A stretch of 64,000 bases of DNA, taken from positions 4,627 through 68,626 of the forward strand of contig CAVUGA010000017.1 of the NCBI GenBank assembly GCA_963740685.1, written 5' to 3'. Of this stretch, positions 35,909 through 44,508 are shown piece by piece. A program made the translations under genes and the position numbers. The notes below the pieces were generated by a model, which did not search any database, had not been told where the DNA came from, and saw only the letters and a list, made by a program, of their open reading frames with translations. Position 1 is the first letter of the stretch. Every line of letters starts with the position of its first letter. This DNA is from an uncultured Solirubrobacterales bacterium. Lineage in GTDB: Bacteria; Actinomycetota; Thermoleophilia; Solirubrobacterales; 70-9.

Positions 35909-37393
35909 CTAGAAGCGGTGGTTGCCCCCGCCGCGCGGGCCGCGCTCGCGCAGGCGCTTCGGATGCTTGCGGCTCACTCCGACGATGGAGGCCTTCGGGT
36001 CGCTCGCGCTCGGGTGGAGGACGGTCACGTAGGCGAGCGAGCCGGTCAGCGCGTCCGACCAGAGCACGCCGGCCGCTCGCTTCAACGTGAACAGGACGCG
36101 GCCCGCGCCGTGCCGGTGGCGACCGCGGACCATCAGCCTGCTGCGCCGGGCATCGCTCCGTACATAGGCGAATGAGTGGCCCTGGACGGCTGGATCGAAG
36201 AGAAGCAGCCTGCGCGAGCGGACCAGCGTCCGGTGCTTGTGGGTGCCCATCATCCACTGAACCACTCGGCTGCCCCGCGGCGTCGCGATCGCATAGAGCA
36301 GCACCCTTCCGTCGACGGCGGGCGGGCTGAGCTGGGAGGCGCCACCCTCGCTCGCCAGCAGAAATGGCGGCGCCGGTGACGCGGGGTTGGCGATGTAGCG
36401 GATGTAGATCCCGTCGCCCCCGCCGGCCGGAGCCCTGTAGGCGAGCCATGAGTCCGAGACCGCGATCGCATCGGCGCCGGGGGCGGCAACCTTCGCGATC
36501 GGCCTGAGCGTGTTTCGGTCCAGAAGGAGCACGGAGTTGTCGCCAACCGTGGCCACGAAGCGCCCTCCGATCGCAGGGTGCTTGCCGAGCAGAGCCACCT
36601 CCGGACCGCCGCGACTGATCACCGCCGGGCCGCCGAGCCTCTGGAAGAGGAGGGCATCGGCCGTGGCCGCCGGGTCGGTGGCGCTCGGGACGTTGGTGCC
36701 GGCGGCTCCGGCGCTGCCGGGGGCGACGATCAGCGCGACCGCGGAGACCAGCAGGGCGGCGGCGTCGCCGCGACGCAGTCCCAGGTAGACGCCGTCCCGC
36801 TCGCACATCAGCTCGGTCGCGCGGATGCCCGTCGCGCTGCCCGCCAGCGGGGCGAGAACGACGATCGGGATCGCCCGCCCGATCCCGAAGGCGGCACCCA
36901 GCAGCAGTCCGAGCGCGGGGTCGCCGATCGCCAGGCTGACGCCCGCCAGGGCCCAGACGCCGAAGGAGAGGACGAAGGTGGTGAACCCGACCCCGAGCAG
37001 GACTCCATACAGGGCCGCAGCAACCGGCATCGGCATCACCCGCCGCCAATGCTCTGGGAGCTGGCGGCGGATCTGCGGCACGATCCTGGTTCCCCGGACC
37101 TCCAGCGCGGCGGCCAGCAGGGCGATCGCGGCCGCCACGACGTATGCCGCCCGGCCACCGGCACCGTGGAGGAGCTGTCCGAGCCAGGCGAGCGAGCCGA
37201 AGGTGAGCAGGCCTCCGGCGATCGCGCCCGGCAGGAAGGTCGCGCAGGCGGCCGCCGTGATGCGCCAGCCCCCGGTGTGGCCCGTGGGCCCGATCGTGTC
37301 GATCGCCGAGAGCCCGCAGGGGGAGAAGGTCCCGGTTGCGCCGATCAGCAGAGCCGCTGCGGCGAGCGCGATCTCCACAGCGCCGCTGATCAT
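35909..37393 (-). CDS. MauF/DsbD_2-like polytopic membrane domain fused to an extracytoplasmic beta-propeller-like domain
   Basis: TM1 with FSPCGLS, about 6 TM helices. C-terminal roughly 255 aa have TolB/propeller-like repeats (VLLLD, WLAYR, VLLYA, FAYVR, LAYVT). Basic tail. ATG overlaps the upstream stop (TGATG). Confidence 0.6.
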   Translation of the reverse strand: MISGAVEIALAAAALLIGATGTFSPCGLSAIDTIGPTGHTGGWRITAAACATFLPGAIAGGLLTFGSLAWLGQLLHGAGGRAAYVVAAAIALLAAALEVRGTRIVPQIRRQLPEHWRRVMPMPVAAALYGVLLGVGFTTFVLSFGVWALAGVSLAIGDPALGLLLGAAFGIGRAIPIVVLAPLAGSATGIRATELMCERDGVYLGLRRGDAAALLVSAVALIVAPGSAGAAGTNVPSATDPAATADALLFQRLGGPAVISRGGPEVALLGKHPAIGGRFVATVGDNSVLLLDRNTLRPIAKVAAPGADAIAVSDSWLAYRAPAGGGDGIYIRYIANPASPAPPFLLASEGGASQLSPPAVDGRVLLYAIATPRGSRVVQWMMGTHKHRTLVRSRRLLLFDPAVQGHSFAYVRSDARRSRLMVRGRHRHGAGRVLFTLKRAAGVLWSDALTGSLAYVTVLHPSASDPKASIVGVSRKHPKRLRERGPRGGGNHRF

Positions 37394-37968
37394 CAGCAGG
37401 GGACCTTGGTGTCGTAGTACTGGACGCAGAACACCTTGCGGCCCCGGTAGCAGTAGCCGGTGAGCGCGGCGTCGCCGTTGATCCGCGTGTTGTGGTGCGC
37501 GCAGCAGTCACGAAGCTGCCGCACCTTGCCGCCGCAACAGCGGTACCACGAGCCGTCGTTGTGGGGCTTGAAGCCGTAGATGTCCCCGGCGCGATCGCAG
37601 AGCCGGGTGCGGGGGGCCGGCGGCAGGGGCCGGCCCTCGGCGTCGCGCAGGAGCTCTCCGCCGCCATCAACCGGTTGCCCGGCGTCGTTGACGGGCCGGC
37701 CGATGTCGTCGATCGCCTGCCCGTCGCTCGCCCGCAGGGGAAAGCCGCGCGAGTCGATGCGGGGCAGCCCGGTCGGGTGCGGGCAGGAGCCGGTCGTGAA
37801 GGTATGGCCGCAGAAGTGGAAGGCCTCGGAGTCGCCGGGCTCGATCAGCGTGCCGACGGTCCGGGCCGCGGTGAGGGCGACCAGCGCCCCTCCCACCCGC
37901 GCGAGGAAGCCGCGCCGCGAGGTGTCCCGCGCCAGCGAATCCGTGATCCGGTCGAGGTGCTCAGGCAC
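37393..37968 (-). CDS. Tat-exported Cys-rich protein resembling methylamine dehydrogenase light chain (MauA-like)
   Basis: Twin-arginine signal SRRGFLARVGGALVALTAA, 10 Cys, GSWYRCC..LRDCC..VFC blocks. GTG 37968 overlaps the upstream stop by 8 nt. Confidence 0.65.
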   Translation of the reverse strand: MPEHLDRITDSLARDTSRRGFLARVGGALVALTAARTVGTLIEPGDSEAFHFCGHTFTTGSCPHPTGLPRIDSRGFPLRASDGQAIDDIGRPVNDAGQPVDGGGELLRDAEGRPLPPAPRTRLCDRAGDIYGFKPHNDGSWYRCCGGKVRQLRDCCAHHNTRINGDAALTGYCYRGRKVFCVQYYDTKVPC

Positions 37969-38830
37969 GACGGCGCTCGGCCGTGGCCAGGACGCTCTCG
38001 AGCTGGGCCAGGTTGTTGAACGTCCCCTTCGCCAGGACGGTGCCCCGGTCGTCCAGCGCGATCGCATAGGGGCTCCCGGGAATCCCGAGGTCGCGCCACA
38101 GCCCCGCGTCCGCCACCTCGTCGAAGACGCCGACCGCGACATCCGGATCGTTGCCGACGTTCTCGATCGCAGGCGACAGCGTCTGGCAGAGGCGGCAGCC
38201 CTCGGAGCTGAAGACGGCGAGCCCCAGCCTCTCGGTGCTCGCTGCGAGCCGCGCGGCGAGGGCGTCGGAGCGCGAACCGACCTCGGGGCCCTCACCGGCG
38301 ATCTCCAGAGCCCCCTGCGTCCCGAGCCGGAGCCGCAGCATGCCGACCTCGCGGGCGAGCGCCAGCACCGCAACGGCCAGCCCGGCGCACGCGAGCAGGG
38401 CCACGCCGACGGCGATCCCGAGCCAGGCCTCCGTGCCGAGCGCGATCTCCTCGACCAGCGGGATCAGCGCAAAGCCCGCTGCCAGCCCGAGGTTGCGAAG
38501 CACACCGAGCCAGGAGACCTTGGAGCGGGGCCCGAAGCAGGCGCACGGGCTCCCGGCGCGCCCGCGGAGGATCGCCCCGGTGGTGAGGGCGCCGAACAGC
38601 AGCATCAGCCCGGCGGCGGCGTAGGCCGCTGTGTCGGAGCCGAGCACGACCGCAACGGCGAGGGCCAGCTCGATTGCGATCATCCCCGCCCAGGCGAGGG
38701 GCCTGACAGGCCCACCGGCGAAGCCGAAGCTGTCCATCGAGGCGATGCTGGCGCGCGGCGAGGCGAGCTTCGCGAGCGCGGCGCCCGCCAGCACGATGCC
38801 AAGCCCGACCCGGAGAGCTGTCTCCACCAT
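37961..38830 (-). CDS. MauE/DoxX-type membrane protein fused to a MauD/TlpA-like thioredoxin domain
   Basis: 4-5 TM helices with the SPCACFG motif. C-terminal domain with SEGCRLCQ (CxxC) and a thioredoxin-like tail. Confidence 0.75.
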   Translation of the reverse strand: MVETALRVGLGIVLAGAALAKLASPRASIASMDSFGFAGGPVRPLAWAGMIAIELALAVAVVLGSDTAAYAAAGLMLLFGALTTGAILRGRAGSPCACFGPRSKVSWLGVLRNLGLAAGFALIPLVEEIALGTEAWLGIAVGVALLACAGLAVAVLALAREVGMLRLRLGTQGALEIAGEGPEVGSRSDALAARLAASTERLGLAVFSSEGCRLCQTLSPAIENVGNDPDVAVGVFDEVADAGLWRDLGIPGSPYAIALDDRGTVLAKGTFNNLAQLESVLATAERRRA

Positions 38831-38876
38831 CCCTGCGGCCGCAACCTAGCACCAGACCGGGCGGTTGCAACTCAGG

Positions 38877-40013
38877 TCACGCCTGGGCGCGCGCCTTGGA
38901 CCTGACCCGCTTGATGCAGCGCCGCCGCTTCTTCTTCTTGCGGATGCGCTTGCACTTCTTCATCGCCTTTCTCGAGTTGAATGACCTGGTGGTCACCCCC
39001 GGCGGAGTGGAGCCCAGCGGCGGAGCGGAGCCCAGCGGCAGCCCGCCGCCGCCGAAGATCCCCTCGGCGGGCAGGCCGTAGGTGGACTCGAGACTGGAGA
39101 CGTCCGACTCGATCAGCGAGCGCATGGTCGGGCCCGCCACCCGCGTGTAGACGCCGGGGAATCCCGCCTCGGCGCAGCCCTCACCCCAGCCCGTGATCCC
39201 GACCAGCCGGTAGCCACCGCCCTCGAGCGGGGCCTCGAGGGGGCCGCCGCTGTCTCCGGAGCAGGTGTCCACCCCGCCGCTCGGGAACCCGGCGCAGACC
39301 ATGGTGGCCGAGTCGAAGTCGCTCCCGTAGTCGCCGCTGCAGGTCGAGTCCGCGATCACGGCCACCGTCGCCACCCGGAGCGTGTCCACCGTGTCGGCGA
39401 GCGGAGATTCGCTGGTCGTGCCCCAGCCGCTGACGTCGACCGGGCTGTCCGCATCCCAGAGCGCGCCCTCGTCCGTGCCGGCGATCTTGATCGGGGTCTG
39501 GCTCGACGCCGACGACAGGACGAGGTATGCGACGTCGAATCTGGGCACGCCGTCGCCCTGGAAGTTGCCGTTGTAGTTAGCCCGGAGCTTCACTGCCTGC
39601 ACGCCGACCTCCGCCCCCTGGCTGGTATCGGACAGGGTTGTGCGCCCGAGGACCACGTCGAGATCGTTCGCATCGAGCTGGACGGTCTTGTCACCGCCCG
39701 GGTCGTTGAGCACGCAGAGGGCATTCGTCGCGCAATCCGGGTCCCCGTCGGCAATGCAGTGGCCGGCCGTGACGACGATCCGCGACGTGAGCAGCGATCC
39801 TCCGCAGAACTGGCGCTGATGGGCGTTACCCGACAGTTTTGACGGAGAGATGACGACCGCCGCCTGCCATGGGTACTGCGAGATCGATGTCGTCGACCCG
39901 CCGACGATCTTCGGCTGAACCGACCCTCCCTTCTGGGCGTTCGCCGTGGCGGACCCCAGCAGCGTCAGAGCCGCGAGCGCGCAGAGCGGGACGAGTCGAA
40001 ACCGCCTCCCCAT
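38877..40013 (-). CDS. secreted trypsin-like S1 serine protease with polybasic C-terminal tail
   Basis: Signal peptide, IVGG, TAGHC, GDSGGPL. Tail KKCKRIRKKKKRRRCIKRVRSKARAQA. Confidence 0.85.
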   Translation of the reverse strand: MGRRFRLVPLCALAALTLLGSATANAQKGGSVQPKIVGGSTTSISQYPWQAAVVISPSKLSGNAHQRQFCGGSLLTSRIVVTAGHCIADGDPDCATNALCVLNDPGGDKTVQLDANDLDVVLGRTTLSDTSQGAEVGVQAVKLRANYNGNFQGDGVPRFDVAYLVLSSASSQTPIKIAGTDEGALWDADSPVDVSGWGTTSESPLADTVDTLRVATVAVIADSTCSGDYGSDFDSATMVCAGFPSGGVDTCSGDSGGPLEAPLEGGGYRLVGITGWGEGCAEAGFPGVYTRVAGPTMRSLIESDVSSLESTYGLPAEGIFGGGGLPLGSAPPLGSTPPGVTTRSFNSRKAMKKCKRIRKKKKRRRCIKRVRSKARAQA

Positions 40014-40055
40014 CGCGCGAATTCAAGCGAGTTGAGCTGAAAAATGCGTAAGGGG

Positions 40056-41084
40056 CTACCCGATTGCGACCATGCGCTCGATCGGGAGCGTGGCGCGCTC
40101 GGCGATCTCGGGCGGGACCTTGACCTCGTAGCGGCCCTCGCGCAGCGAGTCGCGGACCTTCGGCAGCGTGATCATCTTCATGTACTTGCAGAAGGCCATC
40201 CGGTTCGCCTCGACCAGCTTCGCCTGGGGCGCCGCCTGTTGGAGCGGGTAGAGCATCCCGTTCTCCGTGGCGACGATGTACTCGCCGTCGGGGTGCTGCT
40301 CCATGTACTTGAGCATCCCCCCCGTGGAGAGCATCTGGACGCCTTCCGCGTCGATGTCGCCCGAGGCGACGTACTCCATCGCCTGCGTCGCGCAGCCACA
40401 CTCGGGGTGGATCAGGAACTCCGCGTTCGGGTGCTCGTCGCGGACGGTCTTGATGTCGGCCGGGCGGATGCCGGCGTGCACATGGCACTCGCCGTCCCAG
40501 ACGTGGAAGCGGGCGCGGCGCTTCGGGTCCTCCTTGATCCCGGTCTCGCGCTCGACGAAGGCGCCCAGCCACATGTCGGGGCCGAAGAGGATCTCCGTGT
40601 CGGGGCCATGCTCGCGGAGGATGTGCTCGACGACCTGCACGGCGTTGCCGGAGGTGCAGCAGTAGTCGGTCTCGGCCTTCACCTCGGCGGACGTGTTCAC
40701 GTACATCACCACGACCGCGCCGGGGTGCTCGGCCTTCCAGCCGCGGAGCTGGTCGGCGTTGATCGACTCCGACAGGGAGCAGCCGGCGCCGAGGTCGGCG
40801 ATCAGCACCGTCTTGTCGGGGCAGAGGACCGAGGCGGTCTCGGCCATGAAGTGGACACCGCAGAACTCGATCACCTCCGCGTCGGCCTTGGCGGCCTCGC
40901 GCGAGAGGCCAAGCGAGTCTCCGACGAAGTCCGCGACGTCCTGAAGCTCGGGCAGCTGGTAGTTGTGGGCGAGGATGACCGCGTCGCGCTCGGCGGCGAG
41001 GGCGCGGACCTCCTCGCTCAGGGTCGCGATCTCCTGATCGCTCAGCTTGGCGGGAAGCTCGTTGACGGTAGGTAGCTCAAGCAA
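40056..41084 (-). CDS. nadA: quinolinate synthase
   Basis: ILAHNYQ..FVGDSL..CGVHFMAETA..MYVNTSAEVKA..CTSGNAV..PECG. Confidence 0.92.
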   Translation of the reverse strand: MLELPTVNELPAKLSDQEIATLSEEVRALAAERDAVILAHNYQLPELQDVADFVGDSLGLSREAAKADAEVIEFCGVHFMAETASVLCPDKTVLIADLGAGCSLSESINADQLRGWKAEHPGAVVVMYVNTSAEVKAETDYCCTSGNAVQVVEHILREHGPDTEILFGPDMWLGAFVERETGIKEDPKRRARFHVWDGECHVHAGIRPADIKTVRDEHPNAEFLIHPECGCATQAMEYVASGDIDAEGVQMLSTGGMLKYMEQHPDGEYIVATENGMLYPLQQAAPQAKLVEANRMAFCKYMKMITLPKVRDSLREGRYEVKVPPEIAERATLPIERMVAIG

Positions 41085-41169
41085 TGGAAGCCAGCCTTCC
41101 TGTGGACCTTATGTTCGCCGCCCCGGTCCCGTACATGCGAGACCTCGAGGTAGGCGAATGAACTGACCA

Positions 41170-41192
41170 AAGGTTAGCGCGCGCCTAACCTT
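41170..41192. promoter_or_regulatory. 8-bp inverted repeat AAGGTTAG-N7-CTAACCTT in the nadA/fpg divergent region
   Basis: Read directly. Ends 6 nt before the fpg ATG. Confidence 0.25.
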
Positions 41193-41198
41193 GGCCCC

Positions 41199-42068
41199 AT
41201 GCCTGAGCTGCCCGAGGTCGAGATCACGGCGCGCCGCCTCAGCAGCGCGCTCGCGGGAGCGGAGGTCGAGTCGGCGCTCGCCACCGGAGTGGCGACCCTG
41301 AAGACATTCGAGCCGAGCCTCGACGCGCTGACCGGCGCGCAGATCGAGGGCGTGCGGCGGATCGGCAAGATGCTGGCGGTCGACCTCAATCCAGCGGGCG
41401 GGGACGGGGCCGGACCGCTCACCCTGCTGATCCACCTGATGTCCGCAGGGCGTCTCCAGCTCTTCGACAAGCGGGCCTCGCTGAAGGACAGGCGCTCGCG
41501 CGTGCTGGTCCGGATCGCGGACGGCCGCGAGCTCCGCCTTCGTGAGTTCGGCACCAAGCAGGCGGCCTGGGCCAAGCTTCTCCGCCGCGGCGAGGTCGCC
41601 GACGACGAGATGGTCGCCACGCTCGGGCCCGACGCCTGGCCGGCTCCGCCGCTCGATCGATTCCGGGACGCGATCGACCAGCCGCGACACCTACATCCAC
41701 TTCTCCGCCACCAGCGAGACGTCGCCGGCATCGGGCGTTCCTGGGTCGACGAGATCCTCTGGGAAGCACGGCTCTCGCCCTTCAAGAAGGGGTCGGAGCT
41801 GCGCGGCGAGGAAGTCAAAGCCCTCCACGACGGCCTGCACGTCCTCGGCGACGCGATCGACCACTACGAGGAGGTGATCGGCGAGCAGATCCCGGACAAG
41901 ATGCCGATGCCCCTCCAGGTCCACCGCCGCGAGGGAGAGCCCTGCCCTCGCTGCGGCACGACGATCGAGGCAGTGTTCTTCGCGGAGCATCAGATGAACT
42001 ACTGCCCGGAGGAGCAGACCGGCGGCCGGGTGCTCAAGGACCGGCGTCTGTCGCGGCTGCTGAAGTAG
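41199..42068 (+). CDS. Fpg/Nei family DNA glycosylase
   Basis: MPELPEVE N-terminus, H2TH region, C-terminal zinc finger CPRCGT..YCPEEQ. Confidence 0.9.
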   Translation: MPELPEVEITARRLSSALAGAEVESALATGVATLKTFEPSLDALTGAQIEGVRRIGKMLAVDLNPAGGDGAGPLTLLIHLMSAGRLQLFDKRASLKDRRSRVLVRIADGRELRLREFGTKQAAWAKLLRRGEVADDEMVATLGPDAWPAPPLDRFRDAIDQPRHLHPLLRHQRDVAGIGRSWVDEILWEARLSPFKKGSELRGEEVKALHDGLHVLGDAIDHYEEVIGEQIPDKMPMPLQVHRREGEPCPRCGTTIEAVFFAEHQMNYCPEEQTGGRVLKDRRLSRLLK

Positions 42069-42584
42069 TCAGCGCCCCGTGACCTGGCGCACCAGGCCGC
42101 GGCCGATCCTGAGCGGGTGCCCGACCAGCGTCTGGAGGCGGCCGGTGAGGCTGAGCGGGTCGCGGGCGATGCCGAGCTGGCGGAGGACGGTGTTCTGATC
42201 GAAGTAGATGCGCTCGCAGGTCAGCTTGTCGCCGTCGAACAGGAACATCGCCAGGACCGGGAGCTCGTATTCCCTCCCGGTCGGAGGGAGGTTCCGGAGT
42301 GGACCATCGTGGGTCCCCCGGATGACCGCCTCGACCAGGACGGCGTCGTCCGCGTGGTGCAGGGCGAGCAGCTCGTTGCGCTGATCCGGGAACGCCGTGC
42401 GGCTCTCCTTGAAGTAACCGGCGACCTCCTCGGGGCCGTCGTAGACATCGCCCGTGGCGATCAGCTCATAGCGCGGGTGATCGAACGTCTCGAGGGTGAC
42501 GTCGAACTCGTGCCGGTTCTCGGAGTCCATGTGCTCCCGGACGAGCTCCTCGCGCTTCTTCCTGAGCAGGGGGTTGGGCGCCAT
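42069..42584 (-). CDS. SnoaL-like ester cyclase family protein
   Basis: NTF2/SnoaL-like. About 60% identical by eye to the next gene. Confidence 0.65.
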   Translation of the reverse strand: MAPNPLLRKKREELVREHMDSENRHEFDVTLETFDHPRYELIATGDVYDGPEEVAGYFKESRTAFPDQRNELLALHHADDAVLVEAVIRGTHDGPLRNLPPTGREYELPVLAMFLFDGDKLTCERIYFDQNTVLRQLGIARDPLSLTGRLQTLVGHPLRIGRGLVRQVTGR

Positions 42585-42589
42585 GGTCG

Positions 42590-43105
42590 CTACCTGCCGG
42601 TCACCCGCCGGACAATCGCGCGGGAGATCGTCAGCGGGTGGCTCGCGGCCGTCTCGAGGCGGCCGGTGAGGGTGGCGGGATCGCGGGCGATGCCGAGCTG
42701 CTGGAGCAAGGTGGCCGTGTCGAAGTAGACGCGCTCACAGACCAGCGCGTCCCCCTCGAAGACGAAGATGGCGATGAACTGCTGCTCGAAGCGGCGGCCG
42801 GTCGGCGGCAGGCCGCGCAGGGGCCCGGCGTGGGTGCCGCGCGAGACCGCCTCCATCAGCACGGCATCGTCGGCGCTGTGCAGGGCGACGATCTCTATCT
42901 CCTGGTCCGGGAACGCCCGGCTGAGCTCCTCCCAGTGGGCCCGCACCTCCTCCGCGCCGTCGTAGACCTCGTCGGTGGCGACGTACTCGTAGCGTGGGTG
43001 CTGGAAGGTCGCCAGCGCCGCGTCGTAGTCGGCCGCGTTCTCGGCCTCGACGTGCCTGCGGACGAGCTCCTCACGCCTGGTCGCAACGGTCTCGAGGATG
43101 GCCAT
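42590..43105 (-). CDS. SnoaL-like ester cyclase family protein (tandem paralogue)
   Basis: Collinear with 42069..42584 (..RGTHxGPLRxLPPTGRxxExxxxAxFxFxGDxLxCERxYFD..). Confidence 0.65.
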   Translation of the reverse strand: MAILETVATRREELVRRHVEAENAADYDAALATFQHPRYEYVATDEVYDGAEEVRAHWEELSRAFPDQEIEIVALHSADDAVLMEAVSRGTHAGPLRGLPPTGRRFEQQFIAIFVFEGDALVCERVYFDTATLLQQLGIARDPATLTGRLETAASHPLTISRAIVRRVTGR

Positions 43106-43114
43106 CGGCCGACT

Positions 43115-43957
43115 CTATATCTCCAGCGTCATGCTCAGATCGAGAGCGGGAGCGGAGTGCGTGAGGGCCCCGACCGAGACGTAGTCGACCCCGGTCCCGG
43201 CGATCTGGGCGACGTTCTCGAGCGTGATCCCGCCCGAGGCCTCCAGCTCGAGGCCGCCGTCAGACCCGCGCGCCTCGGCGACCGCCCCCTGCAGCTCCGC
43301 CGGGCTCATGTTGTCGAGCAGGAGCCGGTCGGCGCCCGCCTCGACGCCCTGGCGCACCTCGTCGAGGTCGCGACACTCGACCTCGATCGGCAACTTCGGC
43401 TGCGACTCGCGGGCACGTCGCACCGCCTCCCCCACCCCGCCGGCCAGGGCCGCGTGGTTCTCCTTGATCAGGATCGCGTCGTAGAGGCCCATTCTGTGGT
43501 TGGTGCCGCCGCCGGCAGCCACCGCGGCCTTCTCGAGCGCACGCAGGCCCGGCGTGGTCTTGCGGGTGTCGAGGATCCGGGCGCCCGAGCCCTCGATCTC
43601 CCTGACGAACCTCGCCGTCAGGGTCGCCACGCCCGAGAGGTGGCAGAGCAGGTTGAGCGCTGTTCGCTCGGCGGCGAGGAGACCACGGGCAGGGCCGGCG
43701 ACGCGCGCGACCGCAGCCGGCACCTCCTCGCGCCACTCCCCCTCGGCGGCGACCGCCTCCAGCTCCCCGGCACCTGCCTGGCGGAAGACCTCGGCCGAGA
43801 CATCCGATCCGAACAGCACGCCTGGGGCCTTCTGGGTGATGGTCGCCTCAGCGGTCGCATCCTCGGGGACCATGGCCTGGGCGGTGACGTCGCCCTCGCC
43901 CAGGTCCTCGAGCAGGGCCCTGGCGACGAGCTCGCGCGTCTCGGCATTCATCTCCAT
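43115..43957 (-). CDS. nadC: nicotinate-nucleotide pyrophosphorylase (carboxylating)
   Basis: ALLEDLGEGDVT..ERTALN..ILDTRKTTPGLR..GGGTNHRMGL..ILIKENH. Confidence 0.9.
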   Translation of the reverse strand: MEMNAETRELVARALLEDLGEGDVTAQAMVPEDATAEATITQKAPGVLFGSDVSAEVFRQAGAGELEAVAAEGEWREEVPAAVARVAGPARGLLAAERTALNLLCHLSGVATLTARFVREIEGSGARILDTRKTTPGLRALEKAAVAAGGGTNHRMGLYDAILIKENHAALAGGVGEAVRRARESQPKLPIEVECRDLDEVRQGVEAGADRLLLDNMSPAELQGAVAEARGSDGGLELEASGGITLENVAQIAGTGVDYVSVGALTHSAPALDLSMTLEI

Positions 43958-44007
43958 CTGCAGAGCACGATCTCACGTAACGACGGTGTGAGACGTTTTA
44001 CGGGCGA

Positions 44008-44508
44008 ATGCCAGATGAATCCCTTCCACCATTCCAGGCGCTGATGGACGAGCACGGATCCGATGTGCTCGGATTCCTGGTCGCCTCCGTCGGTCCCCAT
44101 GACGCCGAGGACTGCTTCCAGGAGACCTTCATAGCGGCGCTCCGCGCCTATCCGCGCCTCGAGCACGCCAGCAATCTCCGCTCGTGGCTGCTCACGATCG
44201 CGCATCGCAAGGCGATCGATCACCATCGCGCTCGGGGGCGCCGGGCCGTCCCGGCCGGCAGCTCGGAGGAGGTCGCGGGCGGCAAAGCCAGCACGAACAG
44301 CCGGCCCGACGAAGCGGTTGCCGGCGGCGACCCCGAGCTCTGGACGGCCGTCAGCGGCCTCCCCCCCAAGCAGCGCAGCGCGGTCGTGCTGCGCTTCGCA
44401 ACCGACATGTCCTACGCCGGCATCGCCAAAGCACTCGACTGCTCGCAGGACGCCGCCCGGCGCAGCGTCCACGAGGGACTTCAGAAGCTGAGAGGTGAAT
44501 TCGCATGA
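44008..44508 (+). CDS. ECF-type RNA polymerase sigma factor
   Basis: Region 2 (DAEDCFQETFIAALRAY..SWLLTIAHRKAID) and region 4 (LPPKQRSAVVLRFATDMSYAGIAKALDCSQDAARRSVHEGLQKL). Confidence 0.85.
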   Translation: MPDESLPPFQALMDEHGSDVLGFLVASVGPHDAEDCFQETFIAALRAYPRLEHASNLRSWLLTIAHRKAIDHHRARGRRAVPAGSSEEVAGGKASTNSRPDEAVAGGDPELWTAVSGLPPKQRSAVVLRFATDMSYAGIAKALDCSQDAARRSVHEGLQKLRGEFA

